Source: Malacoraja senta
Taxonomy: Eukaryota
Length of the DNA: 64,000 nucleotides
Assembly (NCBI GenBank): GCA_038087875.1
Contig: CM075991.1
Location: 5,394,001 to 5,458,000 of the forward strand
Reading direction: 5' to 3'
Shown piece by piece: positions 37,201-49,520 of this stretch. How positions within the stretch are numbered: position 1 is the stretch's first letter; each line of letters opens with the position of its first letter. Both the position numbers and the translations under genes were made by a program. The notes under the pieces are model-generated. The model was not told the origin of the DNA. It saw nothing but the letters and a program-made list of their open reading frames with translations, and ran no database searches.

Positions 37201-37919
37201 TGTGTGCCGAGGTACAGTGAAAAGCTTTTTTGTTGCGTGCTATCTAGTCAGGGGAATGATTACAATCAAGCCATCCACAGATACAGGATAAAGGGAATAA
37301 CGTTTAGCCAGTAAATTCCAATTAAAGATAGTCCGAGGGTCTCCAAGAGGTGGATAGTAGCTCAGGATTGCTCTCTAGTTACAGATAGGATGGTTCAGTT
37401 GTCTGATTACAACAGGGAAGAAACTATCTCTGAATCTGGAGGTATGTCTTTCCATTTCCTGCATGGAGTATTCTTGCCACCATGGCTTGCAATAATAAAA
37501 CTCTGCTTTAATAAGACTAAATTTATGCTGTATCCACCACAATCTCAGCATATTCTTCATTATCTTTCTACCTGGCTTTCCTAAGGTAATTCAAATAACA
37601 ACAAATCGTATATAACTTTTACTATGTGCCAATTTATACATGCTTGAGCTCCACAATATGTTATGAAATTCAGTAAATAATTAAAGGCCTTTATGTTCAG
37701 CGTATGTTAAATTGTTCCACAGTATTATGAAACCAACTTTACATTGAGTGAATTTTTTTTAGTCCTCCTCTTGAAAACTAAATTTGAAACTCTCCTCTCG
37801 AGATTGCAGTTACTCTTCATCAGACATTTTAGTTAATTTTATGAGGCAATAAATAAGTCTTTAAAGTGAATGGTTAAGCAAAGGCTCACTACAATCCCAA
37901 GAATCAATTTTATCGGATC

Positions 37920-38088
37920 TTCTTCTTCTTCTTATCGAGTCCACACACAAGATTAGAAGTTGTTCAGCCAGAGCTGAACACACTTCTCGGCATCTGCACA
38001 ATGGTGTCTGTCTTGTCGCTTCTTGTGCGTGGTGGTGGAAAGATTGGTGGAAACGGGGCCGCGACGTGAACTCTCTTTCCTTGACCCC
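37920..38088 (-). mobile_element. Short (GAA)n-tailed retroposon headed by a minimal HDV-like ribozyme
   Basis: TSD CAATTTTA(TC/AA)GGATC at 37905-37919 and 38088-38102. Tail GGACTCGATAAGAAGAAGAAG. The body ends in a possible LINE ORF C-terminus (ADAEKCVQLWLNNF*). Confidence 0.85.
38037..38088 (-). ncRNA. Minimal HDV-like ribozyme candidate without P4 (52 nt)
   Basis: GGGGUC AA GGAAAGA GAG UUCACGU CGC GGCCCC G UUUCCA CCAA UCUUUCC. 6-bp P1, perfect 7-bp P2, P3 with one mismatch. Confidence 0.75.
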
Positions 38089-39759
38089 AATTTTAAAGGA
38101 TCATTGTCATTTGATAACAGGCGTAACAGGATGACAACAATTAGGATTAAAATTAAGCCATCAATTTCTGAAAATGATCTTTGGAAAATGACTTTTAAAC
38201 CATTTATTTGTATCATTGGTTTCTTTGGTTATATGTGGGAACAATTATTGCAAGTTTAGTTGAATTTTGGAGAAATACTTTGCTGGAAGTGTGAGCATAA
38301 TATTTAGAAACTCCAAACTCTCATCATATTTATTGACTTTGATGATACATAAATTCTTTTAAGTTATTTTATGGCAAGTTATTTTGTGGGTAAGTTATTT
38401 TATGGGAAGATTTAAAGTATACTAGTTGCAGGAAACTGTCAAACCATCACCATTCTTTCTCAACCAGGATAGCCACGGTGTTTTTCATTCATTTTTCTCC
38501 TGATTTCCATTGTATTGCAGGCAATCACTGTCCTCTCCCTCACCCACCGATCCTCTGCTTGCAAATGAAAACATGTTCTGCTGGTTTGAATAGGCATCAA
38601 CCTGAAACATAATTCTGTTTCTTTCTTCACTGATGCTGCCTGATTTACTGAGTGCGTCCAGCATTCTTTTCATGAGATTTCCAGCATCTACCACATTTTG
38701 CTTTTTATATTCTAATCCAATCCAGATTCAGGGACAGTTTCTTCCCAGCTGTTATCAAGAACTGAACCATCCTATCAACAACTAGAGAGCAGTCCTGAGC
38801 TACTACCTACCTTATTGGAGACACTCGGACTATCTTTATTCGGACTAGTTTAGTTTAGAGATACAGCATGGAAACAGGCCCTTCGGCCCACCAAGTCTGC
38901 AGCGACCAGCGTTCCTTGCACACTAACACCACCCTACGCAATAGGGACAATTTACAATTTTTACCAAAGCCAATTACCCTACTAACCTGTACATCTTTGG
39001 AGTGTGCGAGGAAATTAGAATACCCGGAGACAACCCACAAGGTCACAAGGAGAACGTACAGACAGCACCCATTGTCAAGATCGAACCTGGGTCTCCATCA
39101 CAGTAACACAGGAACTCTACTGCTGCGTCACCGTGCAGCCATGTGATTCTGGACTTTATCTTGCATTAAATGGTATTCCCTTTATCATGTATCTGTACAC
39201 TGTGGATGCTTCGATTATAATCATGTATAGCATTTCCCCTCGGTACACATGACAATGAACTAGACTACTTCATCCCACCTATCTGTGACATTTTCCTTTC
39301 CTGCAAAAACTCATCCAAATTTCTACTCATTGTATCCATTCTTCTTGCCTCAGCCTTTCCGGATGGGAGCCAGTTCACCACTCTCTGGGTGAGAAAGACA
39401 CTCTTGATTTGTTTAATTGAATTTACCACCATTTAATTTACTATCTTGAATTGATATCCTCTCGGTTGAATTCCCTCTCTCTTTCCCCTATTTCATAAAC
39501 TTTTTGGATCACCTTCTACCTGCTCTGACAAAGATTTGGATTGTTCATAATTTTCATAAAGTTAAATGTTTAATATTGAAATGAGCATGATATTGAATCA
39601 AAAAGTGCGAGTACTGAAAATCTTAAATAAAATGAGCAGGTTGGAAATATGAAAAATATCAATTGACCTGAAATGATAACTCTATTTCTCTCTTTACAGA
39701 TGTTTCCTTATCTGCTGAGTACTTCGAGCATTTTCTGATTTTATTGGGGACTCATAAAG

Positions 39760-40580
39760 AGACACAAGGAACTGCTGATGCTGGAATCTTGGGCAAAACA
39801 CAAAGTGCTGAAGGAGCTCAATAGGTCAGGCAGCATTTGTGGAGTGAAAAAGGTGAGGAACATTTTGGTTTGGGGTCCTTCTTCGGACTGGGCTGAGAGA
39901 AGGTTTAACTCCCCATCCCATTCCCACTGACCTTTCTGTCCTGGGCCTCCTCCACTGTCAGAGTGATGCCACACGCAAATTGGAGGAACAGCACCTCAAA
40001 TTTTGCTTGGGCAGCTTACAACCCAGCGGTATGAATATTGTTTTCACTAGTTTCAAGTAACCCTCGCATTCCCTCTCTCTCACTGTCCTTCCCCCACCCT
40101 AGTCATCCTGCTAGTTTTACTGTTCAGTTCAGTTCATTTTCAGTTCAGTTAATTGTCACATGTACCAAAGTACAGATAGCCCTTCATTCAGGGCCGTCTT
40201 AACAGCATTATAGGCCCCTGGGCAAAGCAGTGCACTGGGGCAGCTACACTTCCTGTTTCTTTATGCCGAATCAAATATGCCGTCATGCACTTGCGATGTT
40301 CTTCTCCGTTTTCATGTTCTACAATAACATTCTACAATACATAGATTAGCATGGGGCTCCTATGCTCGTGGGGCCCCAGTCAACTGCCCAGTGTGCCCAT
40401 GCGTTAAGATGGCCCTGCCTTCATTACCAGCTCTGATTTGTTCTGTACCTTTCCATATCTCTACTTGCCCTCACCCCTAACTCTCGGTCTAAAGAAGCGT
40501 CTCGACCATTCCTTTTCTCCATTCCTTTTCTCCAGAGATGCTGCCTGGCCCGCTGAGTTACTCCAACACTTTGTATCCAC
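39760..40580 (+). mobile_element. Penelope-like fragment: inverted pLTR, GIY-YIG C-terminus and pLTR, interrupted by a MITE
   Basis: FNSPSHSH..RKLEEQHLKFCLGSLQPSGMNI at 39904-40060, preceded by an inverted pLTR copy (39760-39890). Confidence 0.75.
40189..40417. mobile_element. hAT-type MITE
   Basis: 14-bp TIRs CAGGGCCGTCTTAA / TTAAGATGGCCCTG. 8-bp TSD CCTTCATT at 40181-40188 and 40418-40425. Confidence 0.9.
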
Positions 40581-40614
40581 CTTTGAGATGATGCACAGTC
40601 AGATATAGGCAAAC

Positions 40615-41140
40615 AGAGGTCTTGCCATAGAGGGAGTACAGAGAAGGTTCACCAGACTGATTCCTGGGATGTCAGGACTTTCATATGAGGAAAGACTGGA
40701 TAGACTTGGCTTGTACTCGTTGGAATTTAGAAGATTGAGGGGGGATCTTATAGAAACTTACAAAATTCTTAAGGGGTTGGACAGGCTAGATGCAGGAAGA
40801 TTGTTCCCGATGTTGGGGAAGTCCAGAACAAGGGGTCACAGTTTAAGGATAAAGGGGAAATCGTTTAGGACTGAGATGAGAAAAACATTTTTTACACAGA
40901 GAGTGGTAAATCTCTGGAATTCTCTGCCACAGAATGTAGTTGAGGCCAGTTCATTAGCTATATTTAAGAGGGAGTTAGATGTGGCCCTTGTGGCTAAAGA
41001 GATCAGGGGGTATGGAGAGAAAGCAGGTACAGGATACTGAGTTGGATGATCAGCCATGATCATATTGAATGGCGGTGCAGGCTCGAAGGGCCGAATGGCC
41101 TACTCCTGCACCTATTTTCTATGTTTCTATGTTTCTATGT
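40615..41140 (+). mobile_element. Young CR1 LINE 3' fragment
   Basis: Open ORF LSYEERLDRLGLYSLEFRRLRGDLIETYKI..FFTQRVVNLWNSLP with a (TTTCTATG)n tail. Near-identical to 5685-6596. Confidence 0.92.
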
Positions 41141-41199
41141 GTCTGAATTTGATGTCCTATAAAGTGAATGAAGCCACCAATAAAACACAAAGGAACTTT

Positions 41200-42832
41200 G
41201 CTCAGCAAACACAATATATTTACAGTATGTCTCAACATTTGCGCACAGTGCAAATGGTACAACAATGCATCAGCTATCTTCCAAATGCTTATACTTGAAA
41301 CTAAATTACAGTATTTGCATTACAATAGACAATAAGCCAATGAGAACATTGGTGGGTAATCACTATCTCTTCACAAATTCAAGCTTGTACCTTATTATAA
41401 GATACAATAAAATCTTAAAAATAAAGCCACAAAATATAATACATCTCTGTTCAAAATACTGTACTTTATGCAAAAATTTCCAGGAAAAAACATTTCTCAC
41501 AGGTTTCTCCTTAACTGTTAATATCAAACCACTTTGATCCCATGTCTGACAAATTTCCCCCCCACATGCAGACATTTAAACCGTAAAGAGCAAAAGGAAA
41601 CCATCTGCTATGAAAGAGAAGCCTACAACTTTTTTTATGCGAATGGTTCCCAAGAAAAATGCCATCGTGCAGTAAGTAACATGCTTTCATATTAATGACT
41701 GGGTGCCAAAATGCTCCCTTGTTAATGTGTGTAATAAAATGACAAAAAGGTAAGGGGGAAAAGTACCAACACAACAAAAGTTCTGATTGGACACGTGGTG
41801 AAGTGTTACATGGATGGCTCCTGTTCTCTCGTCAAAATTCCTCCCCGGAGCCAACCCCTCTCCTGCTGGTCATCTAAAACCGAGATGTACATACACAAAG
41901 TCAAAAATGACAGCGGCGTTTCAAAGGAGACTTCAGAACACAACACACGCGATCTGTCTGACGGCGGGTCTTTTACACAACAGTGAAGAAAACGTAAGTG
42001 CATCTTGACCTATTGATAGAAATATTTATATATTGTGTAATTATCTGTTAGGAGTTCACCGTGAACGTTGTCCGGCCACCAAATGCCAAAGGAGTCTTTG
42101 TTTGAAATGCATATTGAGTAAAGTGAGTGACCAGGGTCTGATCCCACTGAAAATGTAATGCTGAATTGTGCAGTCTGTACCAACGGTTTATAAACAGATT
42201 TCCGCGTCCACAAAGCATTGATGGCGAAGACGTAGAAACTGCAGGTTCACAAAAAGACACGAAGTGCTGGAGTAACTCAGCGGGTCATGCAGCATCTCTG
42301 GAGAACATGGATAGGCAATGTTTCGGGTCGGGACCCTTATTGAAGGTGAGCATGATGGAATATCAAAAGTCTGCTCAATAAAAGTCAACTATGTGTGTGT
42401 GGAATAGGGTCAGTGTAGTCCAATAGTAGTCATGTGCTTCAAATAACACATCGGAAGCGTCCAGAGGATCTTCTCACCGCGTTAAAGATCTGACGTTAAA
42501 CTTAATCTTCGACAATATTGTTACTGATGATATTTATCCCGCCGTCCTGCTTTCCAAAGCTGCGCCGAAATTGCGCTAAAACGTTTGCGGGAGGGGGGTG
42601 CGACTGGAACGGTGTACTCGTCAAAATTTGCGCAGAGTAGAACCGCCAGAGTTCGGCGGAACGTCCAGGAGAGACGGACCAGGTCGCATCTGACAACCAA
42701 CAGGCGGGGTTTGGGTGCAATTCACGTTGCGCCGCCAGGAAATTTGGCCCCCGGAGTAAAAGGTGCAAGAGCCCAATGCGTTAGCTTGAGTACAATTCAA
42801 CCTCTCGCGTTTTTGCGCATTGAGACAACAGT
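41200..42832 (-). other. EGR3: Probable EGR3 3' UTR (distal end approximate)
   Basis: Unique U-rich sequence downstream of the stop codon, ending near TGTAAATATATTG (41212-41224) with a GU-rich tract beyond. No canonical AATAAA was seen there. Confidence 0.55.
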
Positions 42833-43876
<1,044 letters not shown>

Positions 43877-44989
43877 CTACAAGAATATTTTGGAAAGATT
43901 AAAACAAGACATGGATACATTTTCTGAAGCAATGGACAATAACACCTGACCTTAAAGTTCAAACAAACTCCTTGCACTATTAAGCTGAACCATTATGATT
44001 TTTATTTTGTTAGCATTTGGCGGTAGTAAACCGCAACGGAGCCGGCACCATAAACAAGATGCCACAACGCCAAAGCCACCGCGCGTACGCGACTCAATGC
44101 TACCCGCTCATCACCTCCAGCCGAAGTGATCACAGTGCAGAGACGTGTAACTAATAAAGCCCTATATTTTATTTAGCAGGTAACTCCTCTCGTACAGAAT
44201 TAGCAGCGGGATACATTGGCAGAAAAACGCACGACATGTTATTGTACATGTTATTGTACATTAAAGCCGCTGCAATCTAATGGTGTTCAATATCTCACAA
44301 GGCAGGCTCTCTCGTAATATTGTTATACTGAGATATATTATGTTTAAATATAACGCGTTTGGTCGACAGTTGTAAAGTCATATTATAGTGAAGGCTTTAA
44401 TTAGTTCAGGGACTCCATTATACCAAGATACCAGAACTAATGTATTAACATAACATCTCTGTATAATGTCACTGGAACTATTTTAAAGCAGCGTGATGTA
44501 TGATGTGTAGATATTTATTAATTCCCTATTAATTACTTTATTCCAGAATACCAAATGTAATGTTAACTATATGAATATTGCTACAAATTTTGAGCACGGG
44601 GTGTTAAATTTACTACAGTGCATTTAACCAATTCTGCGCCATAGAGACGTCCAATATATCGGATAATTTGAGGCCACACAACTATTATATCTGGAACTAT
44701 CCATGAATATAATAATATAGCATTCCAGATTATGCCAAAACCCACCGGGCAGTCACTGTGGAGCGTAGTAATCATTGTGGCTCACACTGATTTCGCTTGG
44801 GCACAACATAGGTTACTTGCAATTATAGCTCTGCAGCTCAAGTTTAAGATATAATTACATATCTATAGATTAATATATTCACTATTAAATGCACCCGGGG
44901 GGAGGGGGGCTTTTAATGCATCCGCGTGCGCGTCAATATCACTTTATTTACATTGCTTTCGGATAAATCAAAACTGGAAGACTTCTTAC

Positions 44990-45152
44990 CTCCACCCATC
45001 TGATTGTAGGCGTTGCTTGATTCCGAGTTAAAAATGCTCATGGAGGTGGGCACGGCCGAAGAAATGTCATCCTCGGGGTAGATACTATCCTGCAGGTGGT
45101 TTAACAAACCGCTCATCGTCACCGGGATCTTCTCCACTATCTTCCCTGTCAT
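44990..45152 (-). CDS. EGR3: Early growth response 3, coding part of exon 1
   Basis: MTGKIVEKIPVTMSGLLNHLQDSIYPED...YNQMGG, donor GAG|gtaaga. 163 nt joins exon 2 in phase (G|AC = Asp); total 386 aa. Confidence 0.96.
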
Positions 45153-45435
45153 ATCAGAGCGCAAACAGCGGGGGTATCCTCTTCCAATAAATAAATAAAT
45201 AAGTCCCAGATCACCAGGAATGCATGTGTGTGTATAAATTCCTTCTTGAGATAATGAAATCCACCTGGCGCTAGAAAGATCTCCAAGCAGATGTCAGCTG
45301 CAGTCAGTGAAATAACATTGGAAACAATATATATACATATATATATATATTCTCTTCTCCTCCTGTCTCTGGTGTTTGCCTGTTGAAAGCTTGCAAAGCA
45401 ATACTGTACTGCCGGTGAAATATGGTCCAGCAGTG

Positions 45436-45515
45436 TATATATAGCGAGAAAGGAAAGCACCGTGACGTAGATGCCCTTACATGGACATGCGAGGAGTTAG
45501 CAGCGGTGACGCTGC
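45436..45515 (-). promoter_or_regulatory. EGR3 proximal promoter: TATA, CRE-like and CArG-like sites
   Basis: TATATATA 45436-45443, TGACGTAG 45463-45470, CCTTACATGG 45475-45484, TGACG 45507-45511. Confidence 0.8.
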
Positions 45516-45738
45516 GGGTGTGAGTCCGTTTCATGGAACATTGGGACTTGCTTGATTTGCAACAGTCAACTCGACCCCGCCGAACACGGAGCAACAGTGA
45601 AACTGACCACTGCACCGGCCAGAAGCAGCCCTCTTGCACCGCGCACTTTGATCTGACACATTTGCACTTTTATTTTTAAACTGCCTTTTATTTTTTTGTT
45701 GCCATTTTTTTTTGTGCACAGACCAGCGGACTGGAACT

Positions 45739-45937
45739 CCATATAAGGCAAACCGCCCGACGTCACGGCACTCCCCGTCCAAATTTGGCTCACTTTCCGG
45801 CGAGCGTGTCGTCCTCTCCCTGGAGTGGAAAATACTGTCTGATCGGAACCCACATCCTTAAAAAGTACCGACGTAATGGTTACTTCTGAGCCGCTAGCTT
45901 GGGTGAAATTGTCAAGTAGGAAAATAATTAAAAATAA
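45739..45937 (-). promoter_or_regulatory. EGR3 distal serum-response and calcium-response module
   Basis: Perfect CArG boxes CCATATAAGG (45739-45748) and CCAAATTTGG (45779-45788). CRE CGACGTCA (45758-45765), ETS TTCCGG (45795-45800), NFAT-type GGAAAA (45827, 45919), MEF2-type TTAAAAATAA (45928-45937). Confidence 0.8.
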
Positions 45938-46065
45938 GCCTTCATTCATCCACTTCCTGATATGAAAGTGAGAATTTGTTTTTCACTTGTTGTTTTCCGC
46001 ACCCCTCCCCCTGCCTTGCTTAGCACCAGAGCCATTTTGATTTCTTGTGGCGACATTTAGGATTA

Positions 46066-46134
46066 ATGTACATATACATATATATATATATGTATGTATA
46101 TGTACATATGTATATATATATATGTATGTATATG

Positions 46135-46172
<38 letters not shown>
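46066..46172. repeat. (TA/TG/CA) microsatellite upstream of EGR3
   Basis: Direct observation. Confidence 0.95.
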
Positions 46173-49100
46173 GCCTCTGGCACTGTGGCATTATGGCCCC
46201 GAGGGCGGGCACTCTGACAGTCAGTCTGATGGCTCAAGATACACATATCACCCAGCCCGCTGCATCGGCCGGATTCCCCTCTCTCCCCCTCCCCTCCCCA
46301 GTAGCCCGATAGCTCCAAGCCACCTCACGCCCTCTGTGAAATTGCCCTTTGTGTGCAGGGAGTGGATGCGTGAGTGGGATAACCATAGAGCTAGTGTGAT
46401 CGATGGGCGGTGTGGACTCGGTGGGCCAAAGGGTCTGTTTCCATGCTGTATCTTTCAATCAATTTGCAATTAATAAAGTGGCTATTTCACAAGCCTGTGC
46501 TTTTGGCACCATGCACAGTTCAATCTTATGGACAATTAATCTACACTGAAAACATGAAGATGCAATAATGTACATATTAAAACGTGCAAAGAGCTATAAA
46601 TATTGTATATTTTTTAACCATAAATACATGCATATGAAGAATAGATACAAATATACCAGGTGCAACATGTGATATTTATAGCTCATTTTGTCCTCTCCAA
46701 AATATCCTCCCGCCCATCAACTCTCGCATGGTCACTCAATGGTCACTCTCAATGGTCACTCACTCCACAGTTTCAAAAGATGCCACACAACCTTAACTGT
46801 TATCTTGTATTAAACAAAAAGGAAAATAGATTTCCACCTAATTGACTACATATCGGACAAGGTATCACTGTCTCCATAACCCCAACAACAACAGCAGCCG
46901 CGTTAAAGTCAAAGTGACCCGATGAGCAGGTTGATGCTGGCTGGTGGGATGACAGATGCTCGGCGAGCCTATATTTATATATATATACACACACAGTTGT
47001 CTTCGCAACGGCGATGAATTGAGGGTCCGTGCAAGTAGTGACTGTCCATACTGAAGCAGAGGAGTCCGTGTCCACTTTGTCCATGTGGCTGGACACATCC
47101 CGCGCCCACGCTGCTTCCATTGTCATTGATGAGGAGTGCAGTTACCTGGCGAGTTATACGCTCGCTGCACCGTGAACCACGACTGACTGAATGGATGACC
47201 CTTCGCTGACACTGGCTTCCACGCTGAGCTCAATCCAGTTGATAGGGATTAACACAGATAATCTGTCGGCCTGCTTTGGCTCCTGACTCTTAAAAGGGCC
47301 GCACGTGGAACTGCATCAGAAAAAGAAAATTTGTGGTGAAAACGTGAACATTTCGAATGAATGTTTTCATCAGAGTTGCATCATTGAAATGAAAGCAAAA
47401 CTGTGTGGAAAATCAGAGTGTTGGAAATATTCCGCAAACCAAGCAGCACCTGTGAAGAAAGTAAATGTTTCAAACAGGACCAAATGTTATCCACCTGTTA
47501 TAAAAAAAAGTTAGCTATAAAACTGCAGAGCACATCGTGTAGGATGGCCTGTGCCCATGAAATCATGATGGCCTGTGCCCGTGAATAATAAAAAGGAAGA
47601 ATGATCCTAAGATAGACACAAAAAGCTGGAGTAACTCAGCGGGACAGGCAGCATCTCTGGAGAGAAGGACTGGGTGACGTTTCAGGGTTCAGACCCTTCT
47701 TCAGACGCCTGATGCTGGAATGGTAGACTTGCCATTATAGAGTTCCAGTCATACAGTACAGAAACGGGCACTTCAGCCCAACTTGTCCATGCTGACCAAG
47801 ACGCCCCATCTAAGCTAGTTCCATTTATCTGCTTTTAGCCCATATACCACTAAACCTTTCCTATCCATGCACCTGTTTCAAATTTCCCAGTGTTTGTTTC
47901 CTAATTGAGAACATGTCCCTCTCCCACCCTCCTGTAAGTGGGTAGTTCGCAGGCCCAGTAACAGTGGAAGTCATCATCTACCCCAAATGCTTTACGAACC
48001 AAGTCAAGTCAAGTCACTTTTATTGATGTAGCACATTTAAAAAACAACTCTCGTTGGCCAAAGTGCTTTACATTGGTATAAGAATCGTATAAAAAACAAT
48101 AGTTTAAATACAAACATCACTACATACATCGCTCAGAGGACTTCAAGAAAGGCTTGGGTGTAGAGATGAGTTTTAAGTCTCGACTTAAAGGAGTCGATGG
48201 AGGGGGCAGTTCTGATGGGAAGAGGGATGCTGAACCAGGTGAATTGTCCTCAGCCTCGCTACTGCAGAGTCATAGAGTCATACAGCAGGAAAACAGGCCC
48301 TTGGGCCCAAATCACCATGTCAACCAAGATGCCCCATCTAAGGTAGTCCCACCTGCCCGCATTTGGCCCATATCCCTCTAAAACTCCAATGCATGTACCT
48401 GTCCAAGAGTCTGTTAAGTGTTGTTATTATACCTGCCTTGACTATCTCCTCTGGCAGCTCATTCCATATTCCCACCACAATCCACGTGAGAAAGATACCC
48501 CACGGGTTTCAGTTCAATGCAGCGTTAGCTTTCAAACAGTGCTGATCCCTGTTCACTATCCTCTGCTGCAGTGGTTTAAAATAAACCTCTTCTTCTTGGG
48601 CAGTCTCTCTTGCAGCTTCGGATGACTGAGGTGGCTGAAGAGTTCTCGTGTGGAGGTCACTGACTCTGTCTCTGGTGGTGTAGAAGGTGTTTAGCAGAGC
48701 AGGTGGACTAGCTGTGGGAGACTTTGTGCACTGCTTCCTCTAGTTCATAGCCCCATCTTTGCACCATCCTTAGGCCAGTGCTTTCCCGATGCCCCTTCAC
48801 CAATTTGGGGGAGTCATGGGCCAGGGATTCCCATGATCAGAGAACATGTTACCTTTACAGGGAGACTTTATGAACATTATTGAAACACCTGCTCTATCCT
48901 GCTGGGAATTTGAGAGCTGATAGCAGTGTGCCTGCATTAGGAGTCTAGTATATGCATGAAGTAGCCTCCCTACCAGAGCTGGTTTCATGCAGGCAGAACC
49001 TCAACGTTGACCTGGAAAAAAGTATGTTTGAAGAAGGGTCCCAACCTGAAATGTTGCCAGTCCATTCCCTCCACAGATGCCTCCTAACCCCCTGAATTCT

Positions 49101-49194
49101 TTGCACTTTGAGTTTTGCTGAAGATTCCAGCTATTGTACTGCCTTGTCTCCAAAAAACATTGCTTGCCTTGCCATTGCCACTGAAGAATTGTAT

Positions 49195-49520
49195 GCGGGA
49201 TCTCCCTATCGGTTTGCTCCTGGTATTAGCCAAGATGGCCATTTATGGGACCAGACAGCGGGCAGATGAGGGTTTTACCCGAGTCGACTAGCTGCCCCTC
49301 TTCCGGGCTTATGTCCATGTCTGCGTGTCCCTGGAGAGGAAACGTGTGGTGTCCACGGACACTTTGAAGGCCTTCCGTGAATACTGGTCGCTGCTGGGGG
49401 ATCGTGTATGTCGTGGATAAGGCTGACAATGTTGTAATTTGATGATCAATGTTGGCAAGCTGCACGAAAAGCAATTTTGAGTAATGTATTACTCTGGATA
49501 CTGTGAAGAGGTAATAAAAG
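49195..49520 (+). mobile_element. Tx1/L1-like LINE 3' end, decayed
   Basis: LAKMAIY..RQRA..LPLFRAYV..VSLER..VSTDTLKAFREYW, followed by AATAAA. Confidence 0.6.
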
